A program made the position numbers and the translations under genes. This document shows positions 8,280 to 15,994 of a DNA stretch of 20,569 nt, one piece after another. Source of the DNA: Armatimonadota bacterium (GTDB lineage Bacteria; Sysuimicrobiota; Sysuimicrobiia; Sysuimicrobiales; Humicultoraceae); assembly GCA_037446215.1 (NCBI GenBank), contig JBBIJB010000039.1, forward strand, positions 1 through 20,569. The letters are read 5' to 3'. Numbering within the stretch: the first letter of the stretch is position 1; every line of letters starts with the position of its first letter. Under the pieces are notes generated by a model, which saw nothing but the letters and a program-made list of their open reading frames with translations, searched no databases and had not been told where the DNA came from.

Positions 8280-10832
8280 CTACGCCCACACAACAAGGCC
8301 CATCTCCACGGGATCCAACAGGTCGTCATGCTTGGGAAGCACCCGTACGGCGAGGCCGTGCCTGCCGCTGGTGTCTATCTCCATCTCTCCCGCGAACGTG
8401 TGCAGGTCGCCGTCTGAGCTCACGGCATGCATCCGGGCGATCGCCGGATCGGCAATCGCGCCTCCCGCATCCAGCCTTCCCACGCACAGCTGCACCAGCA
8501 CGTCGTCAGGGCCGAGGCCGCCGAGGGAGACGCGCGTCCTAACCCCGATCTTGGAGCCCACGCTCAGCGCTCCATCGGGAGGCCCATCGACGCTCTCTAT
8601 CCGTAGCGAGGCCCACTGGTCTCGCACGCGGCTCTTCCAGGCCGCGAGCTGCCTGGAGCGGGCCATGCCGTCGGCCGACATCCGTGCCGCGTGGTCGAAC
8701 GAGGGCAGGTAGCACCTCTCGACGTACTCGGAGGCTACCCGCGTGGCGTTGAACATGGGGCAGAGGTTCCGCATCGCCGCCTTCATGCGGGCGATCCAGC
8801 CGCGGGGGAGGCGGTCCCTGCCCCGGTCGTAGAAGAGCGGCACGACCTCGTGCTCGAGGATGTCGTAGAGCACGCTCGACTCCACCGAGTCCTGAATCTG
8901 GCTGTCCTCGTACGCCTCGCCGCTGCCGATCGACCAGCCGAGCGCCGGGGCGTAGGCTTCGTCCCACCATCCGTCAGGGGTGCTGACGTTGAGCGCGCCG
9001 TTGGCCGCCGCCTTCATCCCGCTCGTGCCGCTTGCCTCCATCGGCCTTAGCGGCGTGTTGAGCCAGACGTCGCAACCCTGGACCAGGTAGCGCGCGACGT
9101 TCATGTCGTAGTCCTCCAGAAAGACGATCCGCTGGCTGAGCCTCTCATCGCGGCAGAGGTGGACTATCTGGCGGATCAGCTCCTTTCCTGCCTCGTCCTT
9201 CGGGTGGGCCTTGCCCGCGAAGATCACCTGCACCGGCTGGCCCGGGCGGTTCAGTATGCCTGCCAGGCGCTGGGTGTCCCGGAGGAGGAGCGTGGCGCGC
9301 TTGTAGGTCGCGAACCGCCGCGCGAATCCTATCGTGAGGGCCTCGGGGTCGAGTGCCTCCTCTGCCAGGGCGATCTCGGATGCGGGCGCTCCCCTTCGCC
9401 TGAGCTGAACCTGGAGGCGCTCCCGGGCGAAGGCCACCAGCCTCTCACGGCGCCGCTCGTGGGTCCTCCACAGCTCCTCGGTCGGGATCGCCTCGACCCG
9501 GCGCCACAGCTGTTCGTCCGCGGGCGACTCCCTCCAGCGCGGCCCCACGTAGCGGTCGTAGAGCTGGTTGAGGTCCTGGGAGATCCACGAGCGGAAGTGG
9601 ACTCCGTTGGAGACGTGCTTTATCGGCACCTCCTCGGAGGGGATCCTCGGCCACAACCCCTGCCACATCCGCCTCGTGACCTCGCCGTGCAGCCTGCTTA
9701 CCGCGTTGCGGTGTCCCGCCAGGCGCATCGCGAGTATCGTCATGCAGAACGGCTCCCGATCGTCGTTTGCGTCCCTGCGCCCAAGTGCCAGAAACTCCCG
9801 ACGTGAGAGTCCCAACGCCTGGGAGTAGTCGCCGAGGTACCTCTCCACCAGCGCGGGCGGGAAGTAGTCATGCCCGGCCAGCACGGGCGTATGGGTAGTG
9901 AAGACGTGGCCCGCAAGGGCCGCCTCCGCGGCCTCGGCAAAGGTCAGGCCCTGTCCCGCGACCAGGAGCCTCGTGCGCTCGAGCGCCGCGAAGGCCGCGT
10001 GGCCCTCGTTTAGATGGAGCACGCTCGGGCTCCAGCCCACGGCCTGCAGCGCCCGGAGCCCACCAATGCCCAGCAACATCTCCTGCTGGATCCGCATCTC
10101 CTGGTCGCCGCCGTAGAGCTGGTCGGTTATCATGCGGTCTTCCGGGCTGTTCTGGGCGGTGTTGGCATCCAGCAGGTAGAGCGGGATCCTGCCCACCTGC
10201 GCCCTCCAGATCTGCGCCGTCACCGTTCGGCCCGGGAAGCCCACCGCCACCGTAACCGGCCCCCCGTCCGCGCCGCGCTCCAGAGAGACGGGGAGGGAGT
10301 AGAAGTCGTTGCTGACGTACCGCTCCTGTTGCCACCCGTCGACGTTCAGGTACTGGTGGAAGTAGCCCTGCTGGTAGAGCAGCCCTACGCCAGCTATCGG
10401 TACGCCGAGATCACTGGAGGCCTTGAGGTGGTCGCCCGCGAGCACGCCCATCCCGCCCGAGTAGATCGGCAGGCACTCCGTGAGCCCGAACTCGGCCGAG
10501 AAGTACGCCACCCGCATCTCCCTGCCCGCATGCGATGCCCCGTACCAGGAGGCCGCGCCCGACATGTACTCGTCGAGCGACTGGCAGATGCCCCTGTAGT
10601 GGGCAACGAATGCCTCGTCCGAGGCCGCGGCCCTGAGCCTATCCTGTTCGATCGAGCCCAGCATCAGCACCGGGTTGTGTCCGGTGGCCTCCCACAGATC
10701 GGCGTCCAGGCGGCGGAAGAGGGCGATCGTGCCGTGATCCCACGTCCAGCGGAGGTTGGCCACCAGGTCACCCAGCCGCTCTAGTCCCTCCGGCAGCGTG
10801 GGCGTGACCGTGAAGCTCCTTACCGGGCGCAT
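8280..10832 (-). CDS. glgP: Alpha-glucan (glycogen/starch) phosphorylase, GT35
   Basis: VAYFSAEFG, YSGGMGVLAGDHLK, HLNEGH, FARRFATYKR, AGKAHP, PLP site EASGTSGMK. SD GGAGGGAG. Confidence 0.96.
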   Translation of the reverse strand: MRPVRSFTVTPTLPEGLERLGDLVANLRWTWDHGTIALFRRLDADLWEATGHNPVLMLGSIEQDRLRAAASDEAFVAHYRGICQSLDEYMSGAASWYGASHAGREMRVAYFSAEFGLTECLPIYSGGMGVLAGDHLKASSDLGVPIAGVGLLYQQGYFHQYLNVDGWQQERYVSNDFYSLPVSLERGADGGPVTVAVGFPGRTVTAQIWRAQVGRIPLYLLDANTAQNSPEDRMITDQLYGGDQEMRIQQEMLLGIGGLRALQAVGWSPSVLHLNEGHAAFAALERTRLLVAGQGLTFAEAAEAALAGHVFTTHTPVLAGHDYFPPALVERYLGDYSQALGLSRREFLALGRRDANDDREPFCMTILAMRLAGHRNAVSRLHGEVTRRMWQGLWPRIPSEEVPIKHVSNGVHFRSWISQDLNQLYDRYVGPRWRESPADEQLWRRVEAIPTEELWRTHERRRERLVAFARERLQVQLRRRGAPASEIALAEEALDPEALTIGFARRFATYKRATLLLRDTQRLAGILNRPGQPVQVIFAGKAHPKDEAGKELIRQIVHLCRDERLSQRIVFLEDYDMNVARYLVQGCDVWLNTPLRPMEASGTSGMKAAANGALNVSTPDGWWDEAYAPALGWSIGSGEAYEDSQIQDSVESSVLYDILEHEVVPLFYDRGRDRLPRGWIARMKAAMRNLCPMFNATRVASEYVERCYLPSFDHAARMSADGMARSRQLAAWKSRVRDQWASLRIESVDGPPDGALSVGSKIGVRTRVSLGGLGPDDVLVQLCVGRLDAGGAIADPAIARMHAVSSDGDLHTFAGEMEIDTSGRHGLAVRVLPKHDDLLDPVEMGLVVWA

Positions 10833-10847
10833 TGGCGCTCCCTCCCT

Positions 10848-12965
10848 CTAGTCCGGGGCTCTCAATCTGGCCCGCACGTCCACGGCAACCGCGCCTCCGC
10901 CCGGCTCGAGCACGACCAGTGGGTTTATCTCGATCTCCGCGACGGCAGGATGCTGTGCGACGAGCCGGGCCATCGCCATGATCGCCGAGATCACGGAGCC
11001 GCGGTCCGCGGGCGGTAGGCCACGGTGGCCGCGCAGCCGGCGGCCTGCCCACGTGCCTTCCACCATCCGCTCGGCATCCTCCGGCGCCAGAGGGGCCAGC
11101 TCGAAGGCGACATCACGCAGTTGCTCGGCCTCGACCCCTCCTGATCCGAACATCACCAGGGGTCCGAACTGGGGGTCCTGCACGGCCCCCACTATTACCT
11201 CCTGCCCCGAACGCGCCATCCTCTGCACGTGCACGCCCGCTATCCTGGCTTCCGGCAGCGCGCGTCCGGCATTGGCGCAGATGCGCTCAAACCCCTTGCT
11301 GACCATTGTAGGGCTGTGCAGGCCCAGCGCCACCCCGCCGGCATCGGACTTGTGCGGTATGTCGGGCGAGGCCACCTTCAGGGCGACCGGATATCCCAGC
11401 CGCTCCGCGATCTCGACCGCCTCGTGCGCGCTCCCGGCAAGCTCTACGGGCAGCACCCGGATGCCGCACGTCGACAGGATCCGGCCGCACGCGGCCTGGT
11501 CCAGCGCGCCGCCCTGGCCGCCCGCCCAGGCCAGCAGGCGCGCGACCTCGCCTGGGAGGGCCCCTCCCTGTACGGGAGGGAACGGGTCTACGGGCGAGCG
11601 GGCGCGGATCTCGCCCCATCTGGCCAGCGCGGACATCGCGGAGGCCGCCGCTTCGGGCGAGCGGTAGGCCGGTATCCTCGAATCGCGAAGGAGCTCTGCG
11701 GCGCGGCGGACGGTGCGCTCCCCCATCAGCGCGACCGCCACGGGCTTGGCCGCCCCTCGCGCCACGCCGGCTATCGCCGCGGCCACCGACTCGGGCGAGA
11801 AGCGGGGAGGAGGGGGGAGCACCACGATAACGCCGTCCACCTGTGGGTCGTCCAGTAGGAGGCGAAGGCACGCGGCATAGAGCTCCGGCGACGCCGAGGC
11901 AAGGATGTCCACGGGGTTGCCGATGCCGGCCGCCCCGGGCAGCATCGCCCGCAGAGACGACTCGGTGGAGTCGCTGGGCCGCGCCAGCCGCAGGCCGCAC
12001 GCCTCAACGGCGTCCGCCGCGAGGACCCCCGGGCCGCCCGCGTTGGTGAGCACGGCGAAGCCGCGGCCCGCCGGGGGTGGGCACCAGGAGAGAGCGCACG
12101 CCCACTCGAACAACTCCTCGCTGTCGGCGGCCCGCAGCACCCCGGCGCGCCGGAACGCGGCATCGTAGGCCTCTTCCTGGCCGGCCAGTGCTCCCGTGTG
12201 TGAGGAGGCGGCCTTCCTGCCGCCCGGAGACCTGCCGGCCTTGAGCGCGATCACGGGCTTCGATCTGGTGGCCGCCGCGGCCTCCCGCACGAACCGTCGC
12301 CCGTCGCCCACCCCTTCCAGATAGAGGGTCACCACCCGCGTATGCGTGTCCGCGGCCGTCTGCGAGAGCACGTCGGTCTCCGTGACATCGGCCTGGTTGC
12401 CCAGACTCACCAGGCGCGAGAGGCCAAACCCTTGCGCCTCCGCCCACTCGACCACCGCGGCGCAGATCGCGCCCGAGTGCGATACGAACGCCACCTCACC
12501 GGCTCGCAGGCCACCCCGCGCCAGGAAGGTCGTGTCCAGGGGAAGGTGGGTGTCCAGAACCCCAATGCAGTTGGGCCCGAGCAGCCGGAGCCCGCCCTCG
12601 CGGGCGATCCTCAGGCACTCCTGCTCCAGCTCCTCGCCCTCGGCTCCTGCCTCGCGGAAGCCTCCTGAGACGATGACCGCGGCCTTCACGCCCCTCTGGG
12701 CGCACTGGCGGAGCGCTTCGGGGACCACCGGGGCAGGTACTATCAGCACGGCCAGGTCCGCAGGCTCCGGAACGGACGCGACGTCAGGGTAGAGGGGCAG
12801 GCCGAACAGGGCGCCTCCGGAGGGGTTGACCAGGTGGATCCCTCCCTGGTATCCGCAGTCCAAGAGGTTGCGCGCCAGCCCGTATCCCAGCTTGGACGGG
12901 TCCTGCGAGGCCCCGACCACGACGACCCCGCGGGGGTGGAAGAAGGGCTCAAGCGTTGGATCCAT
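10848..12965 (-). CDS. Acetate/acyl-CoA ligase (ADP-forming) family, fused alpha+beta
   Basis: CoA-binding N-terminus (VVVVGAS), LLGPNCIG, SLGNQADV, phospho-His motif SSHTGALAG, TNAGGPGV, NPVD. ATP-grasp C-terminus GYPVALK, HKSDAGGV, DPQFGPLVMFGSGG, EIEINPL. No GNAT domain. Confidence 0.92.
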   Translation of the reverse strand: MDPTLEPFFHPRGVVVVGASQDPSKLGYGLARNLLDCGYQGGIHLVNPSGGALFGLPLYPDVASVPEPADLAVLIVPAPVVPEALRQCAQRGVKAAVIVSGGFREAGAEGEELEQECLRIAREGGLRLLGPNCIGVLDTHLPLDTTFLARGGLRAGEVAFVSHSGAICAAVVEWAEAQGFGLSRLVSLGNQADVTETDVLSQTAADTHTRVVTLYLEGVGDGRRFVREAAAATRSKPVIALKAGRSPGGRKAASSHTGALAGQEEAYDAAFRRAGVLRAADSEELFEWACALSWCPPPAGRGFAVLTNAGGPGVLAADAVEACGLRLARPSDSTESSLRAMLPGAAGIGNPVDILASASPELYAACLRLLLDDPQVDGVIVVLPPPPRFSPESVAAAIAGVARGAAKPVAVALMGERTVRRAAELLRDSRIPAYRSPEAAASAMSALARWGEIRARSPVDPFPPVQGGALPGEVARLLAWAGGQGGALDQAACGRILSTCGIRVLPVELAGSAHEAVEIAERLGYPVALKVASPDIPHKSDAGGVALGLHSPTMVSKGFERICANAGRALPEARIAGVHVQRMARSGQEVIVGAVQDPQFGPLVMFGSGGVEAEQLRDVAFELAPLAPEDAERMVEGTWAGRRLRGHRGLPPADRGSVISAIMAMARLVAQHPAVAEIEINPLVVLEPGGGAVAVDVRARLRAPD

Positions 12966-12995
12966 GGTGGCTCCGCGCCCGCCGGTGCGGGCGGG

Positions 12996-13382
12996 CTAGC
13001 CCGACTCCCAACCGCGCAGTGAGGCGCCCCAGTCCGTTCGTCCGGGCAGCTTGATCGAGATGTGGCAGGCCGGCCCTGCGCCGCTCGACCCGTGCCAGTG
13101 CCAGGCGCCTCGCGGCACCTGGACGAAGTCGCCCGGACCCACCTCCCGTCTCTCCTCCTCGATGACCACCACGCAACTCCCCGACACCACCTGCAGGACC
13201 TGGTCCGTATCGTGGACGTGGGGCTTGGTGCGGGCGCCCGCATCGAAGAAGACCGCGACGAGCTCCGACTCACCGTCGTCTCGGTCGGGCCTGTAGAGCG
13301 GCTGCATCCTGACCTGTCCCTGGAACAGCTCCGGCTGCTCGACCGGATGCGAGAGCGCGCGGTCGACGCGCGTCACTATCAT
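12996..13382 (-). CDS. Cupin domain protein
   Basis: Cupin motif 1 TKPHVHDTDQVLQVVSG and motif 2 PGDFVQVPRGAWHWHG. SD GGAGGT. Confidence 0.88.
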   Translation of the reverse strand: MIVTRVDRALSHPVEQPELFQGQVRMQPLYRPDRDDGESELVAVFFDAGARTKPHVHDTDQVLQVVSGSCVVVIEEERREVGPGDFVQVPRGAWHWHGSSGAGPACHISIKLPGRTDWGASLRGWESG

Positions 13383-13416
13383 CTAGACCTCCCTGGGGCG
13401 GCTACATCCGCCCACG

Positions 13417-14595
13417 CTACGCAGTTGATGTCGTACGGACCGCGGGGATGGTGAAGGAGAACGCGCTTCCCTTCCCGAGCCCGCCGCTGGCGGCCCAGAT
13501 CGCTCCCCCGTGGGCTTCGACCAGGTAGCGCGCGATGGTGAGACCCAGCCCGCTTCCTCCCACAGGTCGCGAGCGGGAGCGGTCCACCCGGTAGAAGCGC
13601 TCGAACAGGCGCGGTAGATGCTCCTCGGCAACTCCATGCCCCGTGTCCCGGACTTCTATCTGGATCCACCCGGGCTTGACCCTGGCCGAGATCGTGACGG
13701 CCCCAGGCGGGTCGGTGTATTGGATCGCGTTGCCGATCAGGTTGATCAGCACCTGCTGGATCCGGTTGGGATCGACCTCGGCCGAGGGCAGGCGTTCGGG
13801 GAGCTCCAAGCTCATGAGGAGCCCCTTGTCCTCGGCCTGCGGCCGCAGCCGTTCGGCCACAGCCGTTACGAGGTCCGCCACCGCCGTGGGCCGCCTGCTC
13901 ATCGCCAGCAGGCCTGCGTCCAGCCGCGACAGCTCCTCAAGGTCGCCGACCAGCCGCTGCATCCTGTGCACGTCCGCGGATACCCTTGCGAGGACCTCGG
14001 GCTCCGGGGAGAGCACGCCGTCGGTGAGCCCTTCCACATAGCCCCCGATGCCGGCCAGCGGGGTCCGCAGTTCGTGCGCCACATCGGCCAGCAGGGCGCG
14101 GCGGCGGGCCTCGGTCTTCTGCAGTGCCTCGGCCATCGTGTTGAGGCTGTCGCCGAGCTCCGAGATCTCGTCGCCGCCACCCGCGGGGACCCGCTCTTCG
14201 TAGTGGCCTTCGGCTATCCGGCGGCTGACTCCGGCCATGATCTGCAGGGGATGGGCTACGCGCCGCGCGACCAGGAGGCTTACCGCGCCCGCTGCAAGGA
14301 CCGCGGCGGCGCCACCTACAAGCAGGGCATCCACCAGACCGCTCCTGAAGAGATGCTCGACCGGCGTCGAAGGAGGTCCCCCCAGGCCCCGCCTGCCGCC
14401 CCCGGCTCCGCCTCCTCCTAGGCCGAGCCCCCCGTAGGAGTCGGACGCCTGTATCCTGCGGGCTATCTGGCTCGGGGCGAACAGGCTCGCGGACGCGGTC
14501 AGGACCGCGAGGCCGACAGCGATGACCGCCAGATAGGAGAGGAACAGCCTGGTTGCCAGGCGTCCCCCCGCCCTCGTCACAGTCCTACCCCACAT
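13417..14595 (-). CDS. HAMP-containing sensor histidine kinase (HisKA, BaeS-like)
   Basis: Two TM helices, HAMP (GDEISELGDSLNTMA), H-box DVAHELRTPL, N-box NLIGNAIQY, DTGHG, FERFYR, GSGLGL. Confidence 0.94.
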   Translation of the reverse strand: MWGRTVTRAGGRLATRLFLSYLAVIAVGLAVLTASASLFAPSQIARRIQASDSYGGLGLGGGGAGGGRRGLGGPPSTPVEHLFRSGLVDALLVGGAAAVLAAGAVSLLVARRVAHPLQIMAGVSRRIAEGHYEERVPAGGGDEISELGDSLNTMAEALQKTEARRRALLADVAHELRTPLAGIGGYVEGLTDGVLSPEPEVLARVSADVHRMQRLVGDLEELSRLDAGLLAMSRRPTAVADLVTAVAERLRPQAEDKGLLMSLELPERLPSAEVDPNRIQQVLINLIGNAIQYTDPPGAVTISARVKPGWIQIEVRDTGHGVAEEHLPRLFERFYRVDRSRSRPVGGSGLGLTIARYLVEAHGGAIWAASGGLGKGSAFSFTIPAVRTTSTA

Positions 14596-14607
14596 CGCAT
14601 CGTGCGG

Positions 14608-15297
14608 CTATCCTCCGTCGAACCTGTATCCGGCGCCCCTGACCGTGGTGATCACTTCCGGCTTGCTCGGGTCGTCTTCGAGCCTCTTCCGGAGCTCCTT
14701 CACATGGACGTCCACGACCCTCTCATCGCCGTAGAAGTCGCTTCCCCAGACCCTCTCGATGAGCTGGGCTCGGCTGAAGACCAGGCGGGGGTGGGTGGCC
14801 AGCGACAGCAGTATCTCGAACTGCAGGTTGGTCAGAGCCACGGGCTCGCCGTCCTTCCAGACCCGCCGCTCTCCCGGATCTATGCGCAGGCGCTGGAAGA
14901 CCAGCGGCGCCGGCCTCCCGCCCCGGGTGCGCCCCCTTCGTAGGACGGCCTTCACCCTCGCGACCAGCTCGCGGGGGCTGAACGGCTTGGTCAGGTAGTC
15001 GTCGGCTCCGATGCCCAGTCCCAGGACCTTGTCGCTCTCGTCCGAGCGGGCGGTGAGGAGTATCACGTAGGCCTCCGACCACTCCCTGACGCTTCGCAAC
15101 ACCTCGATGCCGTCCAGGCCCGGGAGCATGACGTCCAGCACGATCAGGTCCGGGCGCAGGCGGCGCGCCGCCTCCAGAGCCGCGGTTCCGTCCTCCGCCG
15201 CCTCGACCGCAAACCCGTCGCGCTCCAGGTATCTCCTGACGAGGTCGCGCACGGACTCCTCGTCGTCTACCACCAGCACCGTAGGGGGTGTGGACAT
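14608..15297 (-). CDS. OmpR/PhoB-family response regulator
   Basis: VLVVDDE, LDVMLPGLDG, LLTAR, GADDYLTKPFSPRELVAR; winged helix ERVVDVHVKELRKRL, TVRGAGYRF. Confidence 0.95.
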   Translation of the reverse strand: MSTPPTVLVVDDEESVRDLVRRYLERDGFAVEAAEDGTAALEAARRLRPDLIVLDVMLPGLDGIEVLRSVREWSEAYVILLTARSDESDKVLGLGIGADDYLTKPFSPRELVARVKAVLRRGRTRGGRPAPLVFQRLRIDPGERRVWKDGEPVALTNLQFEILLSLATHPRLVFSRAQLIERVWGSDFYGDERVVDVHVKELRKRLEDDPSKPEVITTVRGAGYRFDGG

Positions 15298-15488
15298 AGT
15301 CCCCGTGTCCTCTTGGGCCAGGCCGAGGGCAGGGCTACCCCGGCCGTGCCCTGTGCTCCTCTACTATCCGCGCCTCCACGCGCACGCGCCATCACCGGTC
15401 GGCATTCGGCGGGCGCGATCCCACATCTGGACTCTTACCCGCGCCGGCCGGAGTTCCTGCCGGGCGCGCCGCATCCGCGGCGCCCTGT

Positions 15489-15526
15489 GGGGATAATCCC
15501 CTCCGCGCCTCTCAAGGATACCCCGA
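15489..15526 (+). promoter_or_regulatory. Candidate response-regulator binding sites upstream of the redox operon
   Basis: Palindrome GGGGAT-A-ATCCCC (15489-15501) and related imperfect copy TCAAGGATACCCCGA (15512-15526). -10-like TACGCT at 15550-15555 with no clear -35. Confidence 0.4.
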
Positions 15527-15565
15527 TTCCGGGCCAGGGCCAGGGTCTGTACGCTGAAAGTGGCT

Positions 15566-15994
15566 ATGAGTGACAAGGCCCTAAGGGTTCTGGTCGCCGC
15601 GGGCGATGAGAGGTTCCGCGGGGCCCTCGGCGAGCTTGCCGAGGCCTCGCGCAGCCTGCTTCCCACGCAGATCGAAGTTGAACAGGTCTCTTCGCTCGGA
15701 GCGGTCCGCGAGCGCCTTGGCGCCTGGGCGCCCGACGTCCTGATCCTCGACTGGTACCTTGCTGCGGCCGACGTGCTCACCGCCATACAGGAGCTGGCCC
15801 TGGAATACCCCGGCCTCCGAACGCTGGTTCTACTGCCCGACTCCGGCCGTGAGTACCGCGAGGCGGCGTGGAACGCCGGGGCCTGCGCGTGTGTTCCGCG
15901 CGACCGCATAGACCCGGAGTGGCTGCAGGCGATCCTGTGCGTGATGAACCGAGCCAAGGAGCGCGAAGAGAAGATCCGGAGGCAGGTGGCGTGA
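15566..15994 (+). CDS. Stand-alone atypical (pseudo-)receiver domain protein
   Basis: CheY-like pattern LRVLVA...PDVLILDW...YPGLRTLVL...AWNAGA. Acidic pocket, Thr/Ser and Lys are degenerate. TGA overlaps the next ATG. GTG 15560 is an alternative start. Confidence 0.75.
   Translation: MSDKALRVLVAAGDERFRGALGELAEASRSLLPTQIEVEQVSSLGAVRERLGAWAPDVLILDWYLAAADVLTAIQELALEYPGLRTLVLLPDSGREYREAAWNAGACACVPRDRIDPEWLQAILCVMNRAKEREEKIRRQVA

Noticed and set aside
7054..8712. 552-aa plus-strand ORF and other long alternative-frame ORFs (349..1269, 15364..16563, 19108..20007 etc.)
   Set aside because: Arg/Pro/Gly-rich shadow frames of well-supported genes in high-GC DNA, with no motifs.
10848..12965. Protein lysine acetyltransferase (Pat/YfiQ)
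   Set aside because: No GNAT domain, and the catalytic His (SHTG) is retained.
14370..14440. Gly-rich low-complexity stretch as a repeat element
   Set aside because: It is the in-frame extracytoplasmic loop of the kinase, with no repeat unit.
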